Positions 1-9,843 of a stretch of 64,000 nucleotides of DNA are shown here, one piece after another. The notes under the pieces are model-generated. The model did no database searches, was not told where the DNA came from, and saw only the letters and a program-made list of their open reading frames with translations. Position 1 is the first letter of the stretch. Every line of letters starts with the position of its first letter. Source of the DNA: Desulfobacterales bacterium (GTDB taxonomy: Bacteria; Desulfobacterota; Desulfobacteria; Desulfobacterales; UBA5852); the NCBI GenBank assembly GCA_963674755.2, contig CAXXVS010000003.1, positions 1,184,001 to 1,248,000 of the forward strand. The letters run 5' to 3'. A program made the translations under genes and the position numbers.

Positions 1-97
1 CATCCGAGGGGTTGTCGTGAGGGCGCTTCGAGTTATGCAGCATGACCCATTGCGATTCAATGCTCGGTTAGGTTTTGCTAATGCCCGATAACCGCCG

Positions 98-250
98 TTA
101 CGGTTTATAATACCGCCTGGCTTCCGGCAGGTTCGCACGGATGCGCTGCATGCGGGTCTGGTAGGCGGGGTGGGTACTTAAAAATTCGGGCGGCTGACCG
201 CCTTCGGACTGCGACGCCATGCGCTGCCGGAAATCCAGCGCGCGTGGGGA
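98..250 (-). pseudogene. C-terminal relic of an M48 family metallopeptidase
   Basis: Manual translation (not in ORF track): SPRALDFRQRMASQSEGGQPPEFLSTHPAYQTRMQRIRANLPEARRYYKP*. PEFLSTHP is the M48 C-terminal signature. An in-frame TAG lies just upstream and there is no HExxH part. Confidence 0.7.
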
Positions 251-422
251 CTAAAAGCAATCTGTTTCGCATCATGGTTGGTTCCTTGGTCTGTCGTTTG
301 GGCCCCCAGTAAGCTAACGTGCTTTTACGTACGGGGCCGGCCGACAGCAGGCACAATGTCATCATCCCCAGGTCTGGCCGGGAAAACAGGCGCTATCACC
401 CCGTCTTAAACAATGATCACTT

Positions 423-1280
423 TCAAGGATGCGATTCACGGATCGAGGCGTTGCGGTCCGGTCTGACCTGGGCGTGGTTGATGGCGGCCACGAAGGCCAC
501 GCCGCCGACGATATTGCCCAGCAGAGTGGGGATCAGGAAGCGCAGCAGAAAATCCGCGATGGAAGCAGCCCCGGCCAGGAGGGTGTAGAAGGCGTTGACC
601 GAACCGGCGATGATGTGCGAGAACCCGCCCAACCCCACCACATAAGTGATGATAATGATGATGGCCACCCGCCCGGTTTCGGCGAAGGGCAGCAGCCAGA
701 CCATCATCGCGATCAGCCACCCGGCAAAAAGCCCGCTGATCAACGTGGCGAAAAAGCCCGAGGCATGGACCTTCATGCCGATGGTGGTCAGTTCGGCGCC
801 CAGGCTCCCGTCGAAGTACACCAGCGCATGCAGCAGCAGGGCGAATACGAGTGCCCCGCCCAGGTTGGCGCAGAACACCGTGGTCCACAGGCGGAGGACA
901 TGCTTCAGGGTCCGTCGGTTTTTGCGGTGCAGCAGTTGCAGGATCGGCGTGAGGGTGTTTTCGGTGAAGAGCTGCTGGCGGCCCAGGACGACCATGATGA
1001 AGCCGATGCAGTAACCTAATTTCGACACCAGGGGTGCCCAGGCGGCCTGGGGGAGATGCTGCGCCAGCAGGGCCTCCATCAGAAAGGAAAAGCCCATGGA
1101 GAGGCCGGCGGCCAGGCCCGACCAGACCAGGGCCGCCGTGTTGCGGGCGAGCTCTTCTTCGCCCTCCTGACGGATGGCTTCGTAGACCACGGCGGCCTTG
1201 GGCGCCGAACGCCGCCGGGCATCCTTCTGTTCGTGCTTGTCGAGCCAGTCCAGGCCTTTGTTGTTCTTCTCTTCGGTCAT
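423..1280 (-). CDS. Formate/nitrite transporter (FNT) family protein, YfdC-like
   Basis: Motifs SGLAAGLSMGFS, QQLFTENT, HIIAGS and TLLGNIVGG; multiple TM segments. Start taken at MTEEKNN. Confidence 0.85.
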   Translation of the reverse strand: MTEEKNNKGLDWLDKHEQKDARRRSAPKAAVVYEAIRQEGEEELARNTAALVWSGLAAGLSMGFSFLMEALLAQHLPQAAWAPLVSKLGYCIGFIMVVLGRQQLFTENTLTPILQLLHRKNRRTLKHVLRLWTTVFCANLGGALVFALLLHALVYFDGSLGAELTTIGMKVHASGFFATLISGLFAGWLIAMMVWLLPFAETGRVAIIIIITYVVGLGGFSHIIAGSVNAFYTLLAGAASIADFLLRFLIPTLLGNIVGGVAFVAAINHAQVRPDRNASIRESHP

Positions 1281-1382
1281 GGCAAAAGGGTTTCCATTTT
1301 GGTCCTTGGCCACTGGCCATTGACTGAAGTTAATGATCACTGACCAACGACAGGTGTTCCCACTGACCCATGACGGCTTTTC

Positions 1383-1925
1383 CTACCCCCCGACCGCAGC
1401 CGATGTCGGCACGCCGACCACAGCGAAGATCAGGGCCATGATGAGCAGTTGGACCAGCCAGCCGATCAGGCAGACCACGACGGCCCGCAGGGTACTGTTA
1501 TAATCGAGGGCCTGGCGCACCGCGATGATCGTGGCCAGCAGCATCCAGATGCCGGCCGCCAGAAAGACGACGTTCATGAGGCCCGGCACGATGCCGATGA
1601 TGCGGGCGATGCCCGGAGCGCTGGCAAAGCCGATGGTGCGCAGCAGTTCGCCGTAGTCGGCCTTGGTCTGGGGTTCGGGCAATAGCCGCGTGCCGATGAA
1701 ATAGATGATGGCGGCCCAGGCCGCCCAGCCCAGCAGGGCCGAGAGGGTTCCCATCAGCAGCCCGCCCGCGCCGATGCGCTGCATGCTGCCGATGCCCGCC
1801 GCCAGGCTGGACAGGATGACGACCCCCATGGCCTGGCCCATGGCGCTGCGGTCGGCCTCCACTTCCTCGTAGAGGGCGGGATTCAGTCGGACCGCGCGTA
1901 CGATGCGGTTGAAGAAGATATTCAT
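1383..1925 (-). CDS. YIP1-like membrane protein
   Basis: About 5 TM helices; YEEVEAD, LLRTIGFASAPG and AVRQALD pattern; GAGGAGG RBS before MNIFF. Confidence 0.7.
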   Translation of the reverse strand: MNIFFNRIVRAVRLNPALYEEVEADRSAMGQAMGVVILSSLAAGIGSMQRIGAGGLLMGTLSALLGWAAWAAIIYFIGTRLLPEPQTKADYGELLRTIGFASAPGIARIIGIVPGLMNVVFLAAGIWMLLATIIAVRQALDYNSTLRAVVVCLIGWLVQLLIMALIFAVVGVPTSAAVGG

Positions 1926-1938
1926 GGGCCCTCCTCTC

Positions 1939-2157
1939 TCAATGGGTATGGTCGTGGGGGGTGTCATCCCCGGGTTGGTGCGGATTCTGATGGGGATGCG
2001 GGTGGTCGTGGACCGTGTCCCCGTGACGATGTTCATGGCTGTGGATGATGATCTGGCCGGTGGCATTGCACTTGGTGCAGTTGCCGGCGGCGATTTTGCC
2101 GGTTCCCCGGCATTCGATGCATTCTTCCACGCGATGGGTGATCTTTGCGGTTGTCAT
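1939..2157 (-). CDS. Small protein with a DnaJ-type zinc-finger pair and His-rich tail
   Basis: 72 aa with CIECRGTG and CTKCNATG, then 12 His in the last 34 residues; GAGGAGG RBS. Confidence 0.75.
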   Translation of the reverse strand: MTTAKITHRVEECIECRGTGKIAAGNCTKCNATGQIIIHSHEHRHGDTVHDHPHPHQNPHQPGDDTPHDHTH

Positions 2158-2354
2158 CGCGGCCTCCTCGATGTCGAATCGTTGTCTCGTTTCCAAATGT
2201 TTTTTCGATCGCCGGGTTGCGGCCGGGCGCGTAATGCTAAAAGTTAATCTCAGGAAAGGCCCTTGGCCATAGGCTATGGCCTCTATTCCCTGCCGGCGAA
2301 GACTCTATTTGGCCTGCCGGGCCGATGATCCGTTCCACGAAGGGATGGCATAAA

Positions 2355-3257
2355 ATGAATATCTTCATAACGGGTGGCACAGGGTTTGTGGGTCGGCGTC
2401 TGTCGAAGGCTCTCCTGGAAGCCGGTCATCATGTGACGGCGGTTGGCCGCACCCCGGACCCGCAAGGCATCGATCATCCCGCCTTCCGCTACATCGCGGC
2501 GGACACGACCCTGGCCGGCGGCTGGCAGGCGGAAGTGTCCGACCACGAGGCGGTGGTCAATCTGGCCGGCAAATCCATCTTCACCCCCTGGACCAACAAG
2601 GCCAAAAAGGAGATTTACGACAGCCGCATTCTCACCACCCGCAACCTGGTGGTCGCCCTGCCGGAAGGCCGGGAGACGATCCTGTGCAGTACCTCCGCCG
2701 TGGGCTACTACGGTGACCGGGGTGAGGACATCCTGACCGAAGACCAGCCGTCGGGCGACAACTTTTTGGCCGAAGTGGGGCGGGATTGGGAGGCCGAAGC
2801 CCTGGCGGCCGGGAAGAAAGGGGCCCGGGTGGTGCTGCCGCGCTTCGGCATCGTGCTCGACCGTGACGGGGGCGCCATGGCGAAAATGATCCCGGCCTTC
2901 CGCATGTTCGTGGGGGGGCCTTTGGGCAGCGGCCGGCAGTGGTTTCCCTGGATCCATTTGAACGACCTGGTGGCGGCCCTGCGTTTCCTGATCGAGACGC
3001 CAGGGTTGCACGGACCTTTCAACTGCACCGCGCCGGCGCCGGTGCGCAATGCGGAGCTGGCCAAGACCCTGGGCCGCAAGCTGCATCGCCCGGCCTGCAT
3101 GCCGGCTCCGGCTTTCCTGATCAAACTCGTGCTGGGGGAATTCGGCGAGGTGCTGCTCGACAGTCAGCGGGCGGTGCCCGAAAAGCTCACCGCGGCCGGC
3201 TTTACCTTTCAATATCCCGACCTCGACACCGCACTATGGGAAATCGTCGACCGTTAA
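2355..3257 (+). CDS. TIGR01777-family NAD-dependent epimerase/oxidoreductase (YfcH-like)
   Basis: ITGGTGFVG, VVNLAG, SAVGYYG, GSGRQWFPWIH and C-terminal GFTFQYPDL motifs. Confidence 0.9.
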   Translation: MNIFITGGTGFVGRRLSKALLEAGHHVTAVGRTPDPQGIDHPAFRYIAADTTLAGGWQAEVSDHEAVVNLAGKSIFTPWTNKAKKEIYDSRILTTRNLVVALPEGRETILCSTSAVGYYGDRGEDILTEDQPSGDNFLAEVGRDWEAEALAAGKKGARVVLPRFGIVLDRDGGAMAKMIPAFRMFVGGPLGSGRQWFPWIHLNDLVAALRFLIETPGLHGPFNCTAPAPVRNAELAKTLGRKLHRPACMPAPAFLIKLVLGEFGEVLLDSQRAVPEKLTAAGFTFQYPDLDTALWEIVDR

Positions 3258-3705
3258 AGGACGTATGCGCTTCCAGGCGGCGGAGTGGCGGTTATCCCTG
3301 AGCAATCAACCATCAAATGGGGATATCCGTACGCGCAGGTTAAGGGGCGACGATCCCTACAAATACGGGCTGGACCCCATGGCCCCTTCCGGTGGCTCGC
3401 GGTAAGAAATCATTCTAATCGGTCGACGGATGCATGCGCCGGTGAACGCGGCGATTCTTTTAAGATCTTATTTCCCCTTTCCAACAGAGAAGACCGTTTT
3501 GACACGGTCCCATCACGACTCCGCCTTGACACACGGTTTTTGCCGGCTGTTCCGGCTTAATGGTCTGTGGCGCTGAAGAACGGCGGCCGGCGAGACGCGC
3601 TGATACCGTTCGCGTATGGAACATGGCGGGGCGTTCGCTATCCAACCCCATCAACCGCTCCGGGAGGTGTGCCGCCTCTGGCGTTGCGGGAGGAAAGGAC
3701 GGCCT

Positions 3706-4467
3706 ATGAATGCGATTTACGAGGTGCTCGCCCGTATCGGTTATACCCATCCCCTGCACCCGCCCATGACCACCCTCCCGCTGGGGATGGTGGTCGGGGC
3801 GCTCATCTTCTCCCTGATCGCGCTTCTCCCGCGCTTCGGGAAATTCTCGGTCACGGCGCGCCATTGCTTCACCCTGGGCTTTATCGCGGTTTTCCCCACC
3901 GTCCTGCTGGGCTACATGGACTGGCAGCATTACTACGGCGGCCACCTGATCTTCCCCATCATGATGAAGATGATCCTGGCCGGCCTCCTGACGGCGCTCA
4001 TGGCGCTGGCCGTCTTCGTGTTGTATCGCAAGCTGCCGCGTCAGGACATGCGCATTTTTGCCGTTCAGGGGCTGAGTTTTGTCGCTGCCGTGGGGATCGG
4101 CTATTTCGGCGGGGATCTGGTCTTCGACGGTCAGGGCCCGGCCCAGGCGGCCGAAACGTCATCCCCGGCCGCTGCCACCGCATCCCACCTGACTTTTGCC
4201 GACGTCGCGCCGATCTTCAATCGCTCCTGCACGACCTGTCATTCCGGCAAAGATGCGCCCATGAAGCTGCACCTGGACACCTATGACGCGGTCATGGCCG
4301 GCAGCAAGTACGGTCCGGTCATCGTTCCGGGCAAGCCCGACGAGAGCGAACTGGTCAAACGTATCCGGGGCGAATCCACGCCGCGCATGCCCTATCACAA
4401 GCCGCCCCTGCCGCCGGATGAGATCCAGCGCATCGCGGACTGGGTCAAGCAGGGCGCCAAGAAGTAA
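3706..4467 (+). CDS. Membrane protein (DUF2231-like, 4 TM) fused to a monoheme cytochrome c domain
   Basis: HPLHP N-terminus, four hydrophobic helices, linker, then CTTCH...IVPGKPDESEL...RMP (planctomycete-type cytochrome c). Confidence 0.75.
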   Translation: MNAIYEVLARIGYTHPLHPPMTTLPLGMVVGALIFSLIALLPRFGKFSVTARHCFTLGFIAVFPTVLLGYMDWQHYYGGHLIFPIMMKMILAGLLTALMALAVFVLYRKLPRQDMRIFAVQGLSFVAAVGIGYFGGDLVFDGQGPAQAAETSSPAAATASHLTFADVAPIFNRSCTTCHSGKDAPMKLHLDTYDAVMAGSKYGPVIVPGKPDESELVKRIRGESTPRMPYHKPPLPPDEIQRIADWVKQGAKK

Positions 4468-4653
4468 TTGCCGCGGGCGCTTGTTGTCATCGAAGGGTTT
4501 TCCTAAACCCTGAAAAGACGCTTGCGACGCCCACGAGAAGGCCACCCCCCGGCCGTCATTCTCCGACTCGGCCGGAGCGGATGCCCGCCGCCGGTGATGT
4601 GCTTCCTTCGTCAGCGCATCCTATGGTCTACCGTTTATGGAGGGGCCCTGAGG

Positions 4654-4814
4654 TCAGGGGAGCGCGCGCACCACCCCGCCGTCCACCCGCTTTCCGTGCG
4701 CCCATTCATAATGACCCGGGTTCCCTCGGCGGGCATCCCCAGGGCGATGGCATAGCCGATGCCGGCCGTGGCGCCGGTAACCAGAGCGGTTTTGCCCGCA
4801 AGTTCCAAATCCAT
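4654..4814 (-). pseudogene. Internally deleted SDR oxidoreductase relic
   Basis: MDLELAGKTALVTGATAGIGYAIALG...NGRTE joined out of frame to a typical SDR C-terminus RVDGGVVRALP*. Confidence 0.75.
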
Positions 4815-4856
4815 GACTAGCTTTCCCTTATTTCTGCGCCGCCAGATGCCGCTCCG

Positions 4857-5819
4857 TCAGGCGGAGACGTCCGGTGCGCTGGCTTGATTCAACCTGTCGA
4901 GCGCTTCCGCTTCCAGCGCCACCGTGGTCGCTTCAATCAGGGTCCGGAGCTGCTCCAGGCTGGTGGCGCTGGCAATGGGGGCGGTGACCGCGGGCTGGGC
5001 CAGCAGCCAGGCCAGGGCGATGGCGGCCGGCGGGAGGCCCTGCTCCCGGGCCACCCCGTCCAGGGCGGCCAGGATGCGCTGGCCCCGTGCGTCCAGGTAT
5101 TTCTCGACCATGGCTGCCCGCGGCCGGCCGGCCAGATCCTCCGCCGAGCGGTACTTGCCGGTCAGGAAGCCGCTGGCCAGGGAGAAATAGGGAATTACCC
5201 CCAATTCCTGCTTGCGGCACAACGGTTCCAGTTCGGCTTCGAAATCGGCGCGGTCATAGAGATTGTAGAGGGGTTGCAGGCTCTGGTAGCGCGGCAGTCC
5301 CAGGCGGACGCTTGCAGCCCGGGCCTGGGCGAGTTGTTTGGCGTCGTGATTGGACGCGCCCAGGCAGCGCACCTTGCCTTCATGGATCAGCCGGTCGAAG
5401 GTCTCCAGGGTTTCCTCGACGGGCGTATCCGGGTCGAAGATATGGGATTGGTACACATCGATGGTGTCGGTCCGGAGACGCCGCAGGGAATCCTCGACCG
5501 CCTGCCGGATATAGGCCGCCGACAATCCTTTGCGCCCGGGTCCCATTTCCATCCCGACTTTGGTGGCGATGACGACCCGCGCGCGTTTGCCGCTGCGTTG
5601 CAGCCACTTGCCGATGATCGTCTCCGATTCGCCGCCCCGGTTGCCCGGTGCCCAGTGGGAGTAGACATCCGCCGTATCGATCAGGTTGAAGCCGGCCTCC
5701 ACAAAAGCGTCCAGGAGCCGGAAAGACATGGATTCGTCCACGGTCCAACCGAAGACGTTGCCGCCGAAAGCCAGAGGGGCGACTGCGATCCCGGAACGTC
5801 CCAGTTGGCGTGTTTGCAT
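4857..5819 (-). CDS. Aldo/keto reductase
   Basis: FGGNVFGW, IDTADVY, IATKVG, SLRRLRTDTIDVYQSH and LASGFLTGKY motifs. Confidence 0.92.
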   Translation of the reverse strand: MQTRQLGRSGIAVAPLAFGGNVFGWTVDESMSFRLLDAFVEAGFNLIDTADVYSHWAPGNRGGESETIIGKWLQRSGKRARVVIATKVGMEMGPGRKGLSAAYIRQAVEDSLRRLRTDTIDVYQSHIFDPDTPVEETLETFDRLIHEGKVRCLGASNHDAKQLAQARAASVRLGLPRYQSLQPLYNLYDRADFEAELEPLCRKQELGVIPYFSLASGFLTGKYRSAEDLAGRPRAAMVEKYLDARGQRILAALDGVAREQGLPPAAIALAWLLAQPAVTAPIASATSLEQLRTLIEATTVALEAEALDRLNQASAPDVSA

Positions 5820-6175
5820 GGTGTCACCTCGCTTTGCTGCGGTAAAAAACGCATTCCTGCACGCCGGTCCCCTTCGATGAGGGCTTGCCGTCCCCATCGG
5901 TGCGGGCCGTGCGGTTTAAAGCCTAACCACCACCGGTGTCCAAGGCAATAGGACGCATCCTGTAGTCGCCACCTGCCGGGTCCTGGAGCGCCCCTAAAAT
6001 TTAAACGGTAGGTTTGCCGCCCTTTGGAGGGAAGGGGCGCCCCTGAAAGCCGCTATAGCGCCCGTCGTCGGTTTGTTGAACACCAATGGGTTACAGACCA
6101 GGCGTGAAATCCCGCACTGTGCGGCGGGATCCGAAACTAAAATCGACCATCTCCGGATGGGGACGACCTAAGGCC

Positions 6176-6538
6176 CTATCCGCTGATTTGGCGCTCGCGC
6201 CTTTCCATAGTGGTCTTGCACTCGATACAATGGCGGGCCACGGGACGGGCCTTGAGCCGCGCGACGCCGATAAATTCACCACAGGACTGGCAGACGCCGT
6301 AGCAGCCCTCCTCGATATCCTGCAAAGACTGGCGGATCTTGCGAATGAGCAAGTTTTCCCGGTTACGGATTCGCAGGGAGAAATTGCGGCTGCTTTCTTC
6401 CACGGCCTGGTCCATGGGGTCGGGCCGGCGCGTATTGAGGTCCTGCATGTCCGATACGGTGCGTCCGGCTTGCAGCAAAAGGTCGTTGAGCCATTCGTTG
6501 AGCTGCTTTTGGAACTGCTGGGTGTTTTTGGCGTTCAT
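6176..6538 (-). CDS. dksA: RNA polymerase-binding protein, DksA/TraR family
   Basis: DPMDQA coiled-coil tip and C4 zinc finger (YGVCQSCG...RLKARP...CIECK). Confidence 0.85.
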   Translation of the reverse strand: MNAKNTQQFQKQLNEWLNDLLLQAGRTVSDMQDLNTRRPDPMDQAVEESSRNFSLRIRNRENLLIRKIRQSLQDIEEGCYGVCQSCGEFIGVARLKARPVARHCIECKTTMERRERQISG

Positions 6539-6769
6539 GGGCAGGATCCTTTGTTCGAGGAAGAGGTTGGCAGGGGGATAAGAAGCACTACCACGCCAAA
6601 ACGACAATACCGGCGGGACCCCATTCAGGCCGGCCCGCAACGGTAGGTCGGCGGAGCGCAAACCGCCTTCCGACGCCAGGGAGCGGGGTGGACGTCTTGC
6701 CCGCGTCGTCAATACCGTCATGGAAGGAACCGCCATGGAAGGACCGCCATGAAAGGATAGGACTCGCTC

Positions 6770-7198
6770 TCAGCCCTTCAGGGACGCTTCCAGCTCGATC
6801 CGGGTGCCGGCCAGGGCTTTGGATACCGGGCAGCCCTTCTTGGCGGCTTCAGCCTGCTCCCGAAAGGCCGTCGCGTCCATTCCAGGCACATCGGCGGTGG
6901 TCTTGAGCCGAATGCCGGTGATCGCGAAGCCGCCCTCAACAGGTCCAAGGGTCACCTCGGCGCTTGTTTCGATCGTGCGGGGCGGATGCCCGGCCTGTTC
7001 GAGCAACATGGATAGCGCCATCGAAAAGCAGCCGGCATGGGCTGCGCCGATCAATTCCTCCGGATTTGTTCCGGGGCGGCCCTCGAAGCGGGTGGCGAAA
7101 GAATAAGCGCCGTCGAAAGCGCCGCTGCCGAGCTTCATGGTGCCCTTACCTTTTTTCAGCGTTCCTTCCCATCGGGCGTTCGCTTTGCTTGTGGGCAT
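6770..7198 (-). CDS. osmC: OsmC family peroxiredoxin
   Basis: GTNPEELIGAAHAGCFSMALS and AKKGCPVSKAL motifs; GAGGAGG RBS. Confidence 0.93.
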   Translation of the reverse strand: MPTSKANARWEGTLKKGKGTMKLGSGAFDGAYSFATRFEGRPGTNPEELIGAAHAGCFSMALSMLLEQAGHPPRTIETSAEVTLGPVEGGFAITGIRLKTTADVPGMDATAFREQAEAAKKGCPVSKALAGTRIELEASLKG

Positions 7199-7646
7199 GG
7201 ATCGATCCTCCTCCGGTGTGGTTTTGGGACGTCAGGTGTCGCTCCGGCATTCCTGTCCTTCATCGTGTAGCAGGCGGGTTCCCCCACGGCTATGGGGTGT
7301 GATGCGTATCTCGTTCTTCTCGGCAGGGTATCCGGCACGATGCGTCCGAAAAATCATACGGTACACCAGTCCCGGGAAATCCGGTGAACGGACCGCCCCC
7401 GTCACCCTGCGCAAGAACTTCCCAGGGTCGATCAAATACCGTGCGCCGCTTCCTGGAATACATCCGATAGCCTATTGGGCTGCGACACGGGACCCTCGTA
7501 GAATAACAACTCATAAAGGAGCCTTGCGGATCCATGCGACCCTGTCACGGAAAGACATCGAAGATTCGCTGAAAGACGCCGGTCCGGCCAAATCGAAGCC
7601 GCCGGCAAAACCCTCATGCCCCAACAACGCTAAGAAGGAGGTTAGG

Positions 7647-8042
7647 ATGACAACCATTGGCGACATTTATCAAACCGCGGACTGGAAATCGGAGAAGCAT
7701 GTGCCCGTGATCGAATGCCCGGACCGTGTGAAAGCGGACGAGGTTTTCGACGTCAAGGTATCCCTCGGCAAGGAAGTGGCCCACCCCAATACCACCGAGC
7801 ATCACATCCGCTGGATTCAGCTCTACTTCAAACCCGAGGGGGGCAAATTCGCCTATCAGGTGGGCAATTTCGAGTTTACGGCCCACGGCGAATCCACCGA
7901 AGGGGCCAACCAGGGCCCGGTGTACACCAACCACACTGCCACGGCCAGCATGAAGATCAACAAGCCGGGGACCCTGCTGGCCACCGCGTTTTGCAACATT
8001 CACGGCCTGTGGGAAAACGCCAAGGCGGTTTCCATCGGGTAA
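7647..8042 (+). CDS. Superoxide reductase (neelaredoxin type, single iron site)
   Basis: EKHVP, HPNTTEHHIRWI and CNIHGLW iron ligands; AAGGAGG RBS. Confidence 0.92.
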   Translation: MTTIGDIYQTADWKSEKHVPVIECPDRVKADEVFDVKVSLGKEVAHPNTTEHHIRWIQLYFKPEGGKFAYQVGNFEFTAHGESTEGANQGPVYTNHTATASMKINKPGTLLATAFCNIHGLWENAKAVSIG

Positions 8043-8172
8043 AAGATGGTCGAGCCCCGGGATTCCCTGGGGCGCAGGCCTATGGTCTGCCGGGGCGACC
8101 AATCGGATACAGGGTCGACGGCGGCCGTCGCTGCCGACCGCCAACGCAGAATCATTGATAAAAGGAGACGAT

Positions 8173-8502
8173 ATGCGGATGACATATCGTGCCATCGGAA
8201 CCGCCTTGGTGCTTTTGGGTCTGTCCGGGGCGCTATGGGCGGTGCATGCCCAGGATGATAAGATCTACACCCAACAGGGCGTGCTTGAGGACGTGAATGA
8301 TCAAGCCTATACCATCAAGGTGCAGGTACCGCTGGACGATGGTCAGCAGATGACGGTTGCCGGGCCGCTGGTGGAAGGCGCCGTCATACGCATCGAAGGC
8401 CACACGGGTGGGCTGCCCGACCTCATGGTGGGGGAGAACGTCACCGTCACATGGAAAACGACCCCCGAGGGCGTTGCCATTCTGTCCGTACAGCAGCGTT
8501 GA
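8173..8502 (+). CDS. Exported small hypothetical protein (beta-rich)
   Basis: AAGGAG RBS, signal peptide ending VHA, alternating beta-strand pattern. Confidence 0.65.
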   Translation: MRMTYRAIGTALVLLGLSGALWAVHAQDDKIYTQQGVLEDVNDQAYTIKVQVPLDDGQQMTVAGPLVEGAVIRIEGHTGGLPDLMVGENVTVTWKTTPEGVAILSVQQR

Positions 8503-8557
8503 CCGTTCCCTTGCATTGATTTCTCGTCCGGAAAGGCGGCGGTTCCCGCCGTGGGTG

Positions 8558-8857
8558 TCAAAAATGGGTCCGACAGCGGGTGCAAAGCGGCGGATGCGGG
8601 ATGGGCGCGCCGCAGGACCTGCAGCGGGTCGGGGAGACCGTCCGATTCGGCGGCACGGAAGACGCATGCAGTTCGATTCCGTCCAGGACGCGGATCAGGG
8701 GCAGGTGGAAGCGGCGCTGGTGAATGAAGCCGAGAAGGGTTGACCGGAAGTCGCGGTCGATGACCGGGTTGACATTGCCCGACGGCTCCGCCAGCGCAGT
8801 AGCGTGCGGCGCCGGAATTTGATCGCCGGTCGACGTGTGGGTCGCAAGAGGTTTCAT
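8558..8857 (-). CDS. Hypothetical protein with C-terminal CxxC-x9-CxxC zinc ribbon
   Basis: AAGGA RBS before MKPLAT; ends CRSCGAPIPHPPLCTRCRTHF. Confidence 0.5.
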   Translation of the reverse strand: MKPLATHTSTGDQIPAPHATALAEPSGNVNPVIDRDFRSTLLGFIHQRRFHLPLIRVLDGIELHASSVPPNRTVSPTRCRSCGAPIPHPPLCTRCRTHF

Positions 8858-9220
8858 GGGCCTGTCCTTTCGATGGCATTGCGTGCCGCTGGAATGAACG
8901 CTCTTGGTTCTTTGTAGACCATTCCGCAGATCGGACCCATCCGCAACAGACCCCATCCAGGCGGTTATTCACCCCTAGACCTCACCTCCGAAAGCCTTTA
9001 GCCTGGCGATCCCGTTGCTGCTTCCGGATACATCTCCGCTTCTATTTGGATGAAACGCTATGGTGTCTTATTATTATAGTAAAGGCGGATACGGGCCATC
9101 CGTTGGCGGTGTCGGCCCGGCCGGCGTGAATAGATTCCAATCGCGCCTTCTATAGGCGGCAGCTGCGCGGGGCTTCGCGAACGCCCGCCGGCCCTGTGGA
9201 AGGCAGGAAGGAGGCATCCC

Positions 9221-9673
9221 ATGCTGCCTGTCCGAAAAATTCTGGTGTCCACCGATTTCAGTGAACCGGCCAAAGAAGGCTTCCGGAAAGCCTGCCAGAT
9301 CGCCGATCATTTCGGCGCGGAGCTGCTGGTGATCCATGTCAATTCCAACGTCCCCATCGTACCGGCCGGAAACGGTGCGATACCGTTCAATGTGGCGGGC
9401 TACCAGGAAGAGATCCGGCAAATCTCCAAGCGCAACCTGGAAACCTTTATCGTTGCGCAGCAGACCGCCCCAGTGCCCATTACGCCCCTTGTCCGGGAAG
9501 GGGAGATAGCCCACGAAATCGTCCGGGCGGCGGAAGAAAACCAGGCCGACCTCATCGTCATCGCCACCCACGGTTACTCCGGATGGAAGAAGTTCCTCCT
9601 GGGGTCGGTAACGGAAAGGGTGATCCGCATCGCCACGATGCCGGTGCTGACCATTTGCGCGCCGGAGGATTAG
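9221..9673 (+). CDS. Universal stress protein (UspA family)
   Basis: KILVSTDFS, ADLIVIATHG and LLGSVTERVIR motifs. Confidence 0.92.
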   Translation: MLPVRKILVSTDFSEPAKEGFRKACQIADHFGAELLVIHVNSNVPIVPAGNGAIPFNVAGYQEEIRQISKRNLETFIVAQQTAPVPITPLVREGEIAHEIVRAAEENQADLIVIATHGYSGWKKFLLGSVTERVIRIATMPVLTICAPED

Positions 9674-9843
9674 GGACCTTGGGGGGCCTTCATCCTTCGT
9701 AATCGATCTTTTACGTGTACAATTTCGTCGATACGTCTATCGGGTACGCTGATATCCCTGGCCAGTCGAATCGGGCGCGCCGACATGCCCTTATTCTCGG
9801 GCTTGGTCCGAGAATAAAGATGCCATTTCCGGATGGCCACGTC

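Noticed and set aside
7137..7646. N-terminal extension of superoxide reductase in the ORF track
   Set aside because: Overlaps osmC and its upstream region; a strong RBS supports the start at 7647.
9010..9035. CCGGAAGCAGC on the minus strand resembling SRP RNA
   Set aside because: Lacks the CAGG...GGAAGGAAGCAGC context and helix of SRP RNA.
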